From Candidatus Latescibacterota bacterium (GTDB taxonomy: Bacteria; Latescibacterota; UBA2968; UBA8231), in NCBI GenBank assembly GCA_965206595.1, contig OZ242214.1:1344001-1408000 (forward strand): 64,000 nucleotides of DNA, given 5' to 3'. This document shows, piece by piece, positions 40,407 to 50,523 of the stretch; position 1 is the stretch's first letter, and each line of letters starts with the position of its first letter. The translations under genes and the position numbers were made by a program. The notes below the pieces were generated by a model. It was not told the origin of the DNA, did no database searches, and saw nothing but the letters and a program-made list of their open reading frames with translations.

Positions 40407-40992
40407 ACGCAGAGCCAGGGTGATAGAAACAGCGGCGCGGTTGTTCTCGGAGCGTCGTTTTGACGAAGTGTCGATGGAGGAGATCGCCGAGCGGGCCGAG
40501 GTCGGCAAAGGCACGCTGTACACCTACTTCGCCAGCAAGGAAGAGCTCTATTTCGCCACCGTCTTCGAAGGCATCGCCAAGCTCAATGAAACCCTCAGGC
40601 TGGGCGCCAGCGATCCCAGCGATCCGGAAAATCGACTGCGCCAGATGGTCCGGGGGATCGTGTCGTTTTTCAGCAGGAATCGCTTCTTCTTCCGGTTGAT
40701 GGCGGTGGAGGACAACCGCACCGAGGGCGGCAAAGGGGAAAGCCGCAAGCGCTGGCGCGAAGAGCGGCGCGCTCAGCTGGACGCCATTGAAACCGTACTG
40801 CGCAACGGTTGCGAGGCCGGGGCTTTTGAGATCGCGCATCCCGGAGTCGCAGCCACCGTCCTGCGCGACATGGTGCGCACGGTGCTGATCAGCACGCGGG
40901 ACCAGAATCTCGGCGTCGACGAGAGCGCCGACCTCGTATTGGACATCTTCCTGAGGGGGATCAGAGCACGTGGGCAATCGTCAGAGAACTGA
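40393..40992 (+). CDS. TetR/AcrR family regulator
   Basis: VSMEEIAERAEVGKGTLYTYFASKEEL HTH. Confidence 0.95.
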   Translation: MQQSERRARVIETAARLFSERRFDEVSMEEIAERAEVGKGTLYTYFASKEELYFATVFEGIAKLNETLRLGASDPSDPENRLRQMVRGIVSFFSRNRFFFRLMAVEDNRTEGGKGESRKRWREERRAQLDAIETVLRNGCEAGAFEIAHPGVAATVLRDMVRTVLISTRDQNLGVDESADLVLDIFLRGIRARGQSSEN

Positions 40993-41109
40993 AACGGCGC
41001 GTTGCGGAAGTGGGCCTCGAACAGCTGCGCCCGACGGTCGTAGTTGGGAAGCTCGTCGAGCACCATCGGCAGGACGCCGGCGTTGGCAGCTTCTGGAGCA
41101 GGGGACAGG

Positions 41110-42024
41110 TCAGTTCCAGCGATAGGTTCGCGCCCCGCGGCTGCCGGCGCGGGCGAACTTCCAGGCGGTGACCCACTCCTCGCGGTCGCGCACCACGAGC
41201 TCCGGATTTTCGCTGCTGCGCACGTAGAGGCCGGGCAGATGCGGGCGGCCGTTCGGCATGCGGGCGTCGTTCCAGCGCAGGTCGAGACTCCAGCGGATGG
41301 TGTCGGCCCGGTTGGGCTGGCTGCTGTGGGGGGTGCGGCAGTGCTTCATCAGCAGGCCGCCGCGCGCCACCGGAACCTCTACCGGCTCGGTGTCGGGCAG
41401 CTCCTCCGGGTCGATCATCCAGTTGCCGCCCATTTCCGCCGGTGGTTTCACGTGCCTGCGCAGGGGTTCGTTGTGACAGCGCGGTATCACCCGCAGGGTG
41501 CCGTTGGCGGCGTCGGCGTCGACCAGGGGGATCCAGGTGGTGACGACGAGGGTGTTGTCCGCCTCGGGGAGGAGCACGCCGAGGTCCTGGTGCCAGCTGG
41601 TGTCGCGCGCCCACTCCATGCTCGAGAGTCCGCCCTCGTAGTCGCCGGTGGCCGGCAGCTTGGCGCGGATGTGCTGGCAGGGGTTGGCGAAGATCTCGGG
41701 GCCGACGACGGACTCGACGGCGTCGAGCAGGTTTTCGTTGCGGAAGAAGTCGAAGATCCCGCTGCCGAGGTTGCCGGGGATGTTGATGCCGTCGGTGGCG
41801 CTGGCGTCCGCCCGCCCGAGCGGAATCAGGCGCTTGTCGAAGGGCAGCTCGGCGTAGCCGCGGTCGACCTTGCCTGCGGCGAGCAGCCGCCTGGCGTTGT
41901 CGTCGACGATCTCTTCGAGGTCGGCCTGCACGGGGGCGAGGTCGGCGTCGCTGAGGACTCCGGGCACGTGCACGTAGCCTTCGCGGTGAAAGAATTCGAG
42001 TTGCTCCTGGGTCAGTCCGGACAT
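41110..42024 (-). CDS. Phytanoyl-CoA dioxygenase family (Fe/2OG)
   Basis: FFHREGY, WHQD, WIPLVDA..NGTL, TPHSS..IRWSLDLR. Confidence 0.9.
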   Translation of the reverse strand: MSGLTQEQLEFFHREGYVHVPGVLSDADLAPVQADLEEIVDDNARRLLAAGKVDRGYAELPFDKRLIPLGRADASATDGINIPGNLGSGIFDFFRNENLLDAVESVVGPEIFANPCQHIRAKLPATGDYEGGLSSMEWARDTSWHQDLGVLLPEADNTLVVTTWIPLVDADAANGTLRVIPRCHNEPLRRHVKPPAEMGGNWMIDPEELPDTEPVEVPVARGGLLMKHCRTPHSSQPNRADTIRWSLDLRWNDARMPNGRPHLPGLYVRSSENPELVVRDREEWVTAWKFARAGSRGARTYRWN

Positions 42025-42305
42025 GGTCGCTGCGCTCGTTCTGGTTTCAGGGGTGTGGGTCTGTGCAGCCGTGGAGATGGTTCCTTTTCAGGTCGGCAAT
42101 CGGCACCGGAAGGCCTGCGGCAGCACCTGGAGCGGGCGCGGGATGCGCCCTGGGGCAAGCTGCCGGGGAACGGAAATTAGAACCGGGCACCCCGGCGGGC
42201 AAATGATCCGGCGGCCGGTTTGTCAGCTCCGTACCTGCTGCCGGATATTTGGCAGTTCCCGGTCCGGGGCCGTCCACGAGCCCCGGCGGAACGAAACAGG
42301 AGACC

Positions 42306-43310
42306 ATGACGAAGCGGGCGCTGATAACGGGAATCACCGGGCAGGACGGGTCGTACCTGGCCGAGCTGCTGCTCTCCAAGGGCTATGAGGTCGTCGGCCT
42401 CAGCCGCCGTTCCACGAGCTACCATCACCAAAACATCGGCCACCTGTCGGGAAGGATCACTCTCGAGTACGGGGACCTGATGGACGGCCCCAGCATCGAA
42501 CGGATCGTCGCCGAGTACCAGCCGGACGAGGTCTACAACCTCGCCGCCCAGTCGGTGCCGGCCGACAGCTGGACGCAGCCGGTGGTGACCGCGGAGATCA
42601 CCGCGGTCGGCACCACGCGCATTCTCGAGGCGGTCAAGCGCTACTGTCCGTCGGCGCGCTTCTACCAGGCCAGCAGCCGCGAGATCTACGGCGGTTCCCC
42701 CGCCGAGGTCATCGACGAGTCGACGCCGCTGGCGGCGAACAACCCCTACGGGGTGGCCAAGCTCTACGCCCACCAGATGACGGAGACCTACCGCGAGTCG
42801 TACGGCATGTTCGCGTGCGGCGGCGTGCTGTTCAATCACGAAAGCCCCCGCCGCAGCCTGCACTTCGTCACCCGCAAGGTGACGATGGCCGTGGCCTGCC
42901 TGCAGACAGGGACCGGGGAGGTGCCGCTGAACGAGGCCGGACTGCCCCTGGTGAGCGGCGGCAAGCTGCGGATGGGCGACCTCGACTGCGTGCGCGACTG
43001 GGGGTACGCAAAGGAGTACGTCGAGGCGATGTGGCTGATGCTGCAACAGGACGAGCCCGACACCTACGTGATCGCCACCGACACCGTGCACACCATCCGC
43101 GATCTCTGCGAGGTTGCCTTCAGTCACGCCGGGATGAGCTGGGAGGAGCACGTCCTCTGCGACGAGCGCTTCATCAGGCCCACGGAGATAGGCGCCTCGC
43201 GCGGCGACTACTCCAAGGCGAAGGCGGAGCTCGGCTGGGAACCGGGGACGATGTTCGACGAGCTGATCCGACTGATGGTCGACGCCGACGTCGAGCGTCT
43301 CTCGAAGTAA
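42306..43310 (+). CDS. gmd: GDP-mannose 4,6-dehydratase
   Basis: ALITGITGQDGSYLAELLL, YNLAAQS, FNHESPRR, FVTRKVT, RDWGYA. Confidence 0.93.
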   Translation: MTKRALITGITGQDGSYLAELLLSKGYEVVGLSRRSTSYHHQNIGHLSGRITLEYGDLMDGPSIERIVAEYQPDEVYNLAAQSVPADSWTQPVVTAEITAVGTTRILEAVKRYCPSARFYQASSREIYGGSPAEVIDESTPLAANNPYGVAKLYAHQMTETYRESYGMFACGGVLFNHESPRRSLHFVTRKVTMAVACLQTGTGEVPLNEAGLPLVSGGKLRMGDLDCVRDWGYAKEYVEAMWLMLQQDEPDTYVIATDTVHTIRDLCEVAFSHAGMSWEEHVLCDERFIRPTEIGASRGDYSKAKAELGWEPGTMFDELIRLMVDADVERLSK

Positions 43311-43350
43311 CCGATTCGATTCACCACCACACGAAAAGGCGGAAAATCAC

Positions 43351-44118
43351 ATGAGCATGTTCGATCTGAGCGGCAAGGTAGCCATCGTCACCGGCGGCAA
43401 CAGCGGCATCGGCCTCGGGTTCGCCCGCGGCCTGTCCGGAGCCGGTGCCACGGTAGCGATCGCGGCGCGCAACGAGGAGCGGAACGCGGCCGCGGTGGCC
43501 GAGCTGGAGCAAGCGGGAGGGCGGGCGCTCGCCGTCCGCTGCGACGTCTCCTCCGAAGGGGAGGTCGAGGAGATGACGCGCAAGGTCGTCGAGGAGGCCG
43601 GCGGCATCGACATCCTCGTCAACAACGCCGGCACCAACGTCCGCAAGCAGCCGGAGGACCTGAGCTACCAGGAGTGGAAGCTGGTGCTGGAGACCAACCT
43701 CGACAGCGCCTTCCTGTGCAGCAAGGCCTGTTTCCCGGCGATGAAGCGGGCGGCGGCAGGAAAGATCCTCAACAACGGCTCCATGCTGTCGATCTTCGGG
43801 GCCCCCTGGGGGTCGCCCTACGCCTCCTCCAAGGGGGGGATGGTGCAGCTGACCAAGTCCCTGGCGACCGCCTGGGCGCAGTACAACATCCAGGTCAACT
43901 GCTTTCTCCCCGGTTTCATCGACACGCCCCTGACCCGGAGCGCCCGCGCCCAGATCGAGGGTCTGAGTGAAAAGGTGCTGGCCCGCTGTCCCGCCGGGCG
44001 CTGGGGGAGTCCCGACGACTTCCACGGCCTCGCGGTGTTCCTGTCGAGCCCGGCATCCGACTACATCACCGGCACGGCGATCCCGGTCGACGGCGGGTTC
44101 TCGGTCAACATGTTGTAG
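43351..44118 (+). CDS. SDR oxidoreductase (KduD/gluconate 5-dehydrogenase-like)
   Basis: TGGNSGIG, NNAG, YASSK, PGFIDT. Confidence 0.92.
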   Translation: MSMFDLSGKVAIVTGGNSGIGLGFARGLSGAGATVAIAARNEERNAAAVAELEQAGGRALAVRCDVSSEGEVEEMTRKVVEEAGGIDILVNNAGTNVRKQPEDLSYQEWKLVLETNLDSAFLCSKACFPAMKRAAAGKILNNGSMLSIFGAPWGSPYASSKGGMVQLTKSLATAWAQYNIQVNCFLPGFIDTPLTRSARAQIEGLSEKVLARCPAGRWGSPDDFHGLAVFLSSPASDYITGTAIPVDGGFSVNML

Positions 44119-44278
44119 CCGCCGGAGGGGAGGATTCCGTGTTCCATCCGGGTTGGACCGGTGCCGGTTGCCAGACCTTCCCTCGAACAGCGGCCATGGA
44201 CCCGGGCAGGGGATCGCAGGCCCGGTGCTCCCGCAGACAGTTCGCTTCCACGGCGCAGTCCACTGAAAGTCCGCAAGC

Positions 44279-45238
44279 ATGGCAACACTGATAACCGGCG
44301 GCACCGGATTCATCGCCGCCGAGATAGCGCGCCTCCTCGTATCCCGGGGGGAAACGGACCTCACCGTTTTCGACATCGACGACTCGACCCATCGCCTCGA
44401 TGAAATCGCCGGCAAGGTCAAGAGGATTCGCGGCGACGTCGGCAACTTCAGCCACGTCCTCGACGCGGTTCGCGACAGCTCTCCCGAGGTCATCTACCAC
44501 CTCGCGGGGATGCTGTCCCTCGGCTGCGAGGCGGACCCCCACTCCTCGATACGGGTCAACGCCCTCGGGACCTACCACGTTCTCGAGGCGGCGCGCCTGT
44601 TCGGGGTCGAGAAGGTGATTTTCTCCAGCAGCATCGGCACCTACGGAAGCGGCATTACGACCGCTGCCATGGACGATCTCACCCTGCAGCGGCCGGTGCT
44701 GCTGAACGGGGCCTGCAAGCTCTTCGGCGAGCACCTCGGGCTCTTTTACCGGCGCAAGTACGGCCTCGACTACCGCGGCCTGCGCTATCCCCCCGTGGCC
44801 GGTCCCGGCGTCAGGACGCTCGGCGTGACCCAGTACGTCTCCTGGGCGATCGAGGAGAGCGCCATGGGGAATCCCTTCGCCATCTGGGTGCGGCCCGATA
44901 CCAGGGCTACGGTGCTCTATTTCAAGGATGTCGCGCGCGCCACGGTGGAGCTTGCGCAGGCGCCTGCAGACGGCCTGCAGATGATCAATTACCTGCTGAG
45001 CGGGCCGATGCCGACCGCCGGCGAGGTGGCCGCCATGGTGCGCGAGCGGGTGCCCGGGGCGCGGATCGAGTTTGCCGTCGACGCGGAGCGGCAGGCCCTG
45101 ATCGAGCACGCGGGCAGGCCGATCGACGACCGCTGCGCGCGCCAAGAGTGGGGGTGGAAACCGGCCTACGGCCTGCCGGAGATGGTCGACGACTTCCTGC
45201 GCGAGCTGCGCCAGAACCCCCACCGCTACGGCTATTGA
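44279..45238 (+). CDS. NAD-dependent epimerase/dehydratase (threonine 3-dehydrogenase-like extended SDR)
   Basis: LITGGTGFIA, YHLAGMLS, FSSSIG, GLDYRGLRYP; NGACK in place of YxxxK. Confidence 0.85.
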   Translation: MATLITGGTGFIAAEIARLLVSRGETDLTVFDIDDSTHRLDEIAGKVKRIRGDVGNFSHVLDAVRDSSPEVIYHLAGMLSLGCEADPHSSIRVNALGTYHVLEAARLFGVEKVIFSSSIGTYGSGITTAAMDDLTLQRPVLLNGACKLFGEHLGLFYRRKYGLDYRGLRYPPVAGPGVRTLGVTQYVSWAIEESAMGNPFAIWVRPDTRATVLYFKDVARATVELAQAPADGLQMINYLLSGPMPTAGEVAAMVRERVPGARIEFAVDAERQALIEHAGRPIDDRCARQEWGWKPAYGLPEMVDDFLRELRQNPHRYGY

Positions 45239-45320
45239 GGCCGGAGCTCACCCACTCTTCCGGCCGGCATCCGGCACCCGAGCCGGGCGGCGGCCGGTCG
45301 ACAACGCGGAGCCGGAAACC

Positions 45321-46715
45321 ATGAGCGCAGAGATCTGTTTTGCCGACGCCACCGAGTTGGCCGCGAGGATTCGCAGCAAGGAGCTCTCTCCCGTGGAGGT
45401 CACGTCCTCCTTCCTCGACCGGATCCAAGCGGTCGATCCCGGGGTTCACGCGCTGGTGACCCTGGCCGACGGCGCCCTCGAGCAGGCGCGGGAGGCGGAA
45501 CAGGCGGCGGTCCGCGGCGACTTCCGCGGCCCCCTGCACGGGGTGCCGTTCACCGCCAAGGACTGCTTCGACACCGCGGGGGTGAGAACGACGCGGGGTT
45601 CGCTGATTTTCGCCGGCCTGGTGCCGGATACGGATGCCGCCGCGGTCGGCCGGCTCAAGGCCGCCGGGGGCATCCTTCTCGGCAAGACCAACCTGCCGGA
45701 GTTCGCGCTGCGGGCAGAGACCGCCAACCGCCTGTTCGAGCGCACCCTCCACCCCGGCGACCCGGAGCGCACCTGCGGGGGGTCGAGCGGTGGGGAGGCC
45801 GCGGCGATTTCCTCGGGTCTCTCCCCCCTCGGGATCGGCACCGATCTCGGAGGTTCCAACCGGCTGCCCTCCCATTACTGCGGCATCGTGGGATTCAAGC
45901 CGACCCACGGCTGCATCCCCCTGACCGGATCGTGGCCGGAGCTGACCTGCCGCCACATGCACGTTGGGCCGCTCTGCCGCAGCGTTCGCGACGCCGCCCT
46001 GGGGCTGTCGGTCATGTCCGGTCCCGACGGGGAGGACCCCTACGCCACGCCGGAACCGTTCCGCCAGGCCGGGGAAGTCAAAGGCGAGATCGCCGGCCTG
46101 CGGGTCGGCGTGTTCATCGAAGGGCCGTTTGCGCCGGTGAAGAAGGAGATTCGCGACGCCGTGTCGCGGGCGGCATCGGTCCTGGAAGAGGGGGGATGCG
46201 CCGTCGAGGAGGTCGATTTCGACTGGTCGGACAGGCTGCCGATCGACGTCTGCATGGCCATGGTCAGGGCCGAGCTCGGGCGTTACCTCGAACCCTTCAT
46301 CCGCGGCCGCGAGGAGGAGCTGAGCGAGCCGATTCGAGGTCTGCTCGACATGCCGCTGCCGTCCCTCGAGGAATTCCTCGACTCGCTGGTCAAGCGCGAC
46401 CTGCTGGCGCGGGACATGGCGGGCTTCTTCGCCTCCCACGACATGTTGCTCTGCCCCACGGCACCTGTAACCGCCCACGGACACGAAGCGGAGACGCTGC
46501 TCATCGACGGCGTGGAAGCCGGTCCGGGTCACGCGGCCAACATCACCGCGGCGTTCGGCCTCGTCGGCTGCCCGGCCATGTCGGTGCCGTTCGCCAGGAG
46601 CGGGGAAGGGCTGCCGATCGGCGTGCAGGTGGTGGCGCGGCATTTCGACGAGGCGACCCTGTTCCGGGCGGCGTCCGCCCTGGAGTCCGCCGGCGGGCAG
46701 GGTGGCAGGGCCTGA
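45321..46715 (+). CDS. Amidase signature family protein
   Basis: GPLHGVPFTAKD, GKTNLPEF, GGSSGGEAAA, GTDLGGSNRLP. Confidence 0.93.
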   Translation: MSAEICFADATELAARIRSKELSPVEVTSSFLDRIQAVDPGVHALVTLADGALEQAREAEQAAVRGDFRGPLHGVPFTAKDCFDTAGVRTTRGSLIFAGLVPDTDAAAVGRLKAAGGILLGKTNLPEFALRAETANRLFERTLHPGDPERTCGGSSGGEAAAISSGLSPLGIGTDLGGSNRLPSHYCGIVGFKPTHGCIPLTGSWPELTCRHMHVGPLCRSVRDAALGLSVMSGPDGEDPYATPEPFRQAGEVKGEIAGLRVGVFIEGPFAPVKKEIRDAVSRAASVLEEGGCAVEEVDFDWSDRLPIDVCMAMVRAELGRYLEPFIRGREEELSEPIRGLLDMPLPSLEEFLDSLVKRDLLARDMAGFFASHDMLLCPTAPVTAHGHEAETLLIDGVEAGPGHAANITAAFGLVGCPAMSVPFARSGEGLPIGVQVVARHFDEATLFRAASALESAGGQGGRA

Positions 46716-46757
46716 CCGGTCCGGGGGATATCAGGGATTCGGCCGCCTGCCCGCCCC

Positions 46758-47531
46758 TCACCCCTTCGGCACCACCAGGGCGCGGTCGCCGTAGGGAATC
46801 GAGTCCATCCCGGTGTCGTAGATGCGTTCGAGGAAGTCGCGGTCCCACGGCCGTTCTGCAGCGGGAAGCCGCTCGACCTTGCCCTCCTTGAGGAAGATGA
46901 AGTGGTCCCCGTAGAGGAAGGCGCTGTTCGGGTCGTGGAGGACAGCGAGGACGGTGAGGTCGGCGTCGACCAACTCGCGGATCAGGCGCAGCAGGTGGGC
47001 CTGGTTGAGGAAGTCGAGGTGGGAGGTCGGCTCGTCGAGAAGGATGAGGCGGGGCTGCTGGGCGAGGACGCGGGCGATGCGGACCATCTGCTGCTCCCCT
47101 CCGGACAGCTCGGTGTAGGTGCGCTCTCTCAGGTGGAGGATGCCGACCCGCCGCAGGGACTCGACGGCGATCTCCAGGTCCTCCCGCTTCGGCGCGTAGG
47201 AGACGTAGCTGGCGCGCCCGGTGAGCACCACGTCCTCGACGGCGAAGGGGAAGACCGGGCGGTGGTGCTGCGGCAGGTACCCGAGGACCTTGGCCCGCCC
47301 CCGGGTGGAGAAGGAGCCCAGCTCCTCCCCCATGATGCGCACCTCGCCGCGCTGGAATTCGAGCAGGCCCCCCAGAATGCGCATGAGGGTCGACTTGCCG
47401 CTGCCGTTCTTGCCGAGCAGGACGGTGAACTGCCCCTCGGGAATCTCCAGGGAGATCTCGTCGAGAATCGGCCTCCCCTCGTAGGCGAAGGAGAGCCTGT
47501 CGACCGCTATCGCCGGGGCTAATCCTCCCAT
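46758..47531 (-). CDS. Fe-siderophore/cobalamin ABC transporter ATP-binding protein
   Basis: GKNGSGKST, ELSGGEQQ, LLDEPTSHLD. Confidence 0.92.
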   Translation of the reverse strand: MGGLAPAIAVDRLSFAYEGRPILDEISLEIPEGQFTVLLGKNGSGKSTLMRILGGLLEFQRGEVRIMGEELGSFSTRGRAKVLGYLPQHHRPVFPFAVEDVVLTGRASYVSYAPKREDLEIAVESLRRVGILHLRERTYTELSGGEQQMVRIARVLAQQPRLILLDEPTSHLDFLNQAHLLRLIRELVDADLTVLAVLHDPNSAFLYGDHFIFLKEGKVERLPAAERPWDRDFLERIYDTGMDSIPYGDRALVVPKG

Positions 47532-48556
47532 CCGATTCGCGCCTTCTTGAGCAGGAAGATGAAGAACGGCCCCCCGAGCAGGGTGGTGAAGACCCCGACC
47601 GGGATCTCGAAGGAGGCCAGCGTGCGCGAGCAGGTGTCGACCAGCAGCAGGAAGGTTCCGCCGAAAGCGAAGGAGGCCGGCAGGGTGTGGCGGTTGTCCG
47701 GCCCCAGGAGCATGCGCACCATGTGTGGCACCGCCAGGCCGATCATGCCGATGACGCCGGCCACGGCGATCGCCGCGGAGGCGGCCAGGGTCGCCGGCAC
47801 CAGGATCAGCACCCGTTCCCGCTCCGGGTTCAGCCCGACTGCCCGGGTCTCCTCGTCCCCCTGGGCGAGTACGTTCATGCGCCAACGGAACAGGAACAGC
47901 CAGACGACGCCGATCCCAATCCCCGGGGCCGCGGAGCGCAGCTTGGCCCAGCTCGAGTTGTGCAGGTTGCCCATGGTCCAGTGGACGATGGTCTGCAGCT
48001 TGTACGGGTCGGTGAGGAACTGGACGATGGTCAGCAGGGCGGTGAAGATGCCGGTGACGATCACCCCCGAGAGGATGAGGGAGACCACCGACACGGTCTT
48101 GCGGGTGCGCGCCAGGAAGTAGGCGAGGCCGACGGCGAGCAGGGCGAACCCGAAGGCGGTCGGCTGCACCGGCAGAAGCGGCAGCGTCAGGGCGAGGGCG
48201 GCGCCGAAGGCGGCCCCGGAGGAGAGGCCGAGTATGTAGGGGGCGACGAGGGGATTGCGAAACAGCGCCTGCAGGGCGTTGCCGGCCGCGGCCAGGGCGC
48301 CCCCCACGAGGAAGGTGAGAAGGATGCGAGGCAGCCGCACCTCCCAGACGATGGTGCCGACCAGGGCCTCTTCCGGGCCGCCGGCCCCCTCGCGGAAGAG
48401 CAGGCCGTAGAACCAGGACAGGATCTTGCCCGCCTCGGCGCTCGCGGACGGTCCCAGCAGCAGGGAGCCGAAGAGCACGGGAAGCGGAAAGAGGTAGATG
48501 ACGCGGCGGCGCAGGGCGGTGTTCATCGACCGAGGACCGAGGTCGGGTGGGTTCAT
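47519..48556 (-). CDS. FecCD/BtuC-family ABC permease
   Basis: EVRLPRI, QALFRNPLVAPYILGLSSGA, EIPVGVFTTLLGGPFF. Confidence 0.93.
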   Translation of the reverse strand: MNPPDLGPRSMNTALRRRVIYLFPLPVLFGSLLLGPSASAEAGKILSWFYGLLFREGAGGPEEALVGTIVWEVRLPRILLTFLVGGALAAAGNALQALFRNPLVAPYILGLSSGAAFGAALALTLPLLPVQPTAFGFALLAVGLAYFLARTRKTVSVVSLILSGVIVTGIFTALLTIVQFLTDPYKLQTIVHWTMGNLHNSSWAKLRSAAPGIGIGVVWLFLFRWRMNVLAQGDEETRAVGLNPERERVLILVPATLAASAAIAVAGVIGMIGLAVPHMVRMLLGPDNRHTLPASFAFGGTFLLLVDTCSRTLASFEIPVGVFTTLLGGPFFIFLLKKARIGWED

Positions 48557-48804
48557 TTCAAGGTTGCTGAAAGGGGTTCAGGGGGACGGGAAAATAGAGC
48601 GGCAACCATCTGCGGGCTAACCCCCTTCACCGGAGAAGGAATGCCACGGTCTTCCGCGGTCTCGGGAGGTCCCCGTGTCCACCTCCGGCTTCCGAAGTTG
48701 TTGCGTTTCCCACAATATGTCCTGATATTGATGTCCTGATATTGGACGGGATAGATGCAATGAAGCCAAATTCATTTTTCAGCAATTCTCAAATGGAGGC
48801 CACT

Positions 48805-49209
48805 ATGAAGTTCGTACTGCTTTCCCTGCTCGCTTGCGTCTTTACGCTGAGCGCCTGCACCGACAGAGACCCTGTTTCTTCCAAAGAACCTGCCGTTGAG
48901 ACGGAGGTGGCCGCCAAGCGCATTAGCAGCGGCTTGACCTTCAGCGCTCCTGTAGCTGGCCTGCCCGAGTCGAAAGGGATGGCTGACGGGATGGCCGATG
49001 ACGACGGGATGGCCGAAGAGGATGACGGCATGGCCGAAGAGGATGACGGCATGGCCGAAGAGGATGACGGCATGGCCGAAGAAGATGACGGCATGGCCGA
49101 AGAAGATGACGGCATGGCCGAAGAAGATGACGGCGACGACGACGAAGGAGAAGATGACGGTGGTGACGATGACGGTGGTGACGACGGCACCGACGACTCC
49201 ACGAGCTAA
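48805..49209 (+). CDS. Lipoprotein with acidic Met-containing DDGMAEE repeats
   Basis: GGAGG RBS, signal peptide MKFVLLSLLACVFTLSAC (lipobox), six heptad repeats, D/E/G tail, own terminator. Confidence 0.85.
   Translation: MKFVLLSLLACVFTLSACTDRDPVSSKEPAVETEVAAKRISSGLTFSAPVAGLPESKGMADGMADDDGMAEEDDGMAEEDDGMAEEDDGMAEEDDGMAEEDDGMAEEDDGDDDEGEDDGGDDDGGDDGTDDSTS
49000..49125 (+). repeat. 6 x 21-bp coding tandem repeat
   Basis: GA(T/C)GACGG(C/G)ATGGCCGAAGA(G/A) six times head-to-tail. Confidence 0.95.
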
Positions 49210-49276
49210 GGCTAGTGTGTAGTTGGATCGGCCATCCTGGTACAGGAGGCCGGTTCCAGGTAAACTGAATGGAATG

Positions 49277-49313
49277 AAGCCCCCGGTGGCCTGTGCCGCC
49301 GGGGGCTTTTTTT
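49277..49313 (+). terminator. Intrinsic terminator
   Basis: AAGCCCCCGGTGGC-CTGT-GCCGCCGGGGGCTT followed by a T-tract. Confidence 0.9.
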
Positions 49314-49434
49314 ATGGCCAGAGGGGCAAGGTGGCCCCCAGGATCCCCTTTCTGAAGCGGACTGCGGGTCGACCAATCCCCTTTCAGGAGGATCCGCCTG
49401 AGGTTGTCCGGCCTTGCCGAGACAACCCCGGGCT

Positions 49435-50523
49435 TCAGCTCCGGCCACCGCGGAGCAGCCCCAGGAACCTCCCCTGCTGGGTGGCGAGGGAGTACTCGAC
49501 CTCGACCCGTTCCCTTCCCATCCGGCCCATCCGGGCCCGCAGCTCCTGATCATCGACCAGCTCGAAAAGCCTTTCCTTCCACTGCTCATCCGTGCCCGCG
49601 AGAAATCCGGTGACTCCGTCCACGACGATCTCCCTGTTGATCCCGACGGGACTGGCGACGACGGGCAGCCCGCTCGCCATGTACTGGAGCAGCTTGTAGC
49701 CCCCCTTCCCCAGGGTCCAGGGATCCTCGGTCAGCGGCATGATCCCGATGTCGAACCCGGCCAGTTCGCCGTTTTCCTCGTCCAGCCTCCACTCCTTGGC
49801 CTCCACGGGCAGGCGGGCACAGGACCAGGAGGTCACCCCGACGAGGCGGAGCCTGATTCCCGGGCAGCGCTTTCCGAGCCTTGCCAGGGGCGCGCGCAGA
49901 AGGTCGAGGTACTGTGCGGAGGAGGGGCTTCCCATCCACCCCACGACCACGGTCTCCCCCGTGCGCCGCTCCCGCGAGGGGGGACGGATGGCCTCGGTGT
50001 CCACCGGTCCCGTGATCCTGGTGACCTGGCAGTAGCGGACGGCGTAGGCGCCGGTGTAGTCGTTCTCGACGACCGCCCCCTCCGCCAGCCGCAGCATCGC
50101 CGGCAGGCCGCGGCTGTTCCTGCGCTCCTTCCAGGCCGCGGTCCAGTGCCGGCCGCGGATCTCGGTGGTGAAGACGGCGTCGTCGAAATCGAACAGCACC
50201 CGGGGCCGCCGCAGCCGGAACAAAACCCGCACAGGCCAGGGGAAGATGACTTTCTGCACGAACAGCAGGTCGCAGTCGAGACTCGATAGCCAGGCTCGCA
50301 ACCCGCACAGCAGGGAGCGCCACCAGGTGCCCATGTAATAGAGGATCTTGCGCCAGGGCCTCTCCGTCGCAAGCAGTCCCGACCCCGCGGTCCCGCCGTC
50401 CGGAACCACGGTTATCACCCGGGTCTCGACGCCGTTGCGGTGCAGGTAGGGGAGGTACTGGAAGACCCGCGTCCGGCTGCTCGCCGACGAAGCGCCGTAC
50501 TGGGTGACGAAGAGGACCCGCAT
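49435..50523 (-). CDS. Glycosyltransferase family 4
   Basis: ASSRTRVFQY, FDFDDAVF, FDIGIMPL..GKGGYKLLQYMASGLPVVASPVG. Confidence 0.92.
   Translation of the reverse strand: MRVLFVTQYGASSASSRTRVFQYLPYLHRNGVETRVITVVPDGGTAGSGLLATERPWRKILYYMGTWWRSLLCGLRAWLSSLDCDLLFVQKVIFPWPVRVLFRLRRPRVLFDFDDAVFTTEIRGRHWTAAWKERRNSRGLPAMLRLAEGAVVENDYTGAYAVRYCQVTRITGPVDTEAIRPPSRERRTGETVVVGWMGSPSSAQYLDLLRAPLARLGKRCPGIRLRLVGVTSWSCARLPVEAKEWRLDEENGELAGFDIGIMPLTEDPWTLGKGGYKLLQYMASGLPVVASPVGINREIVVDGVTGFLAGTDEQWKERLFELVDDQELRARMGRMGRERVEVEYSLATQQGRFLGLLRGGRS

Noticed and set aside
40995-41090. Coding-like stretch (NAGVLPMVLDELPNYDRRAQLFEAHFRNAP) on the minus strand
   Set aside because: About 30 codons with no convincing start or family match; probably a remnant.
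49000-49134. Regular 21-bp repeats as a possible CRISPR array
   Set aside because: Head-to-tail with no spacers, in frame within a lipoprotein, and no cas genes.
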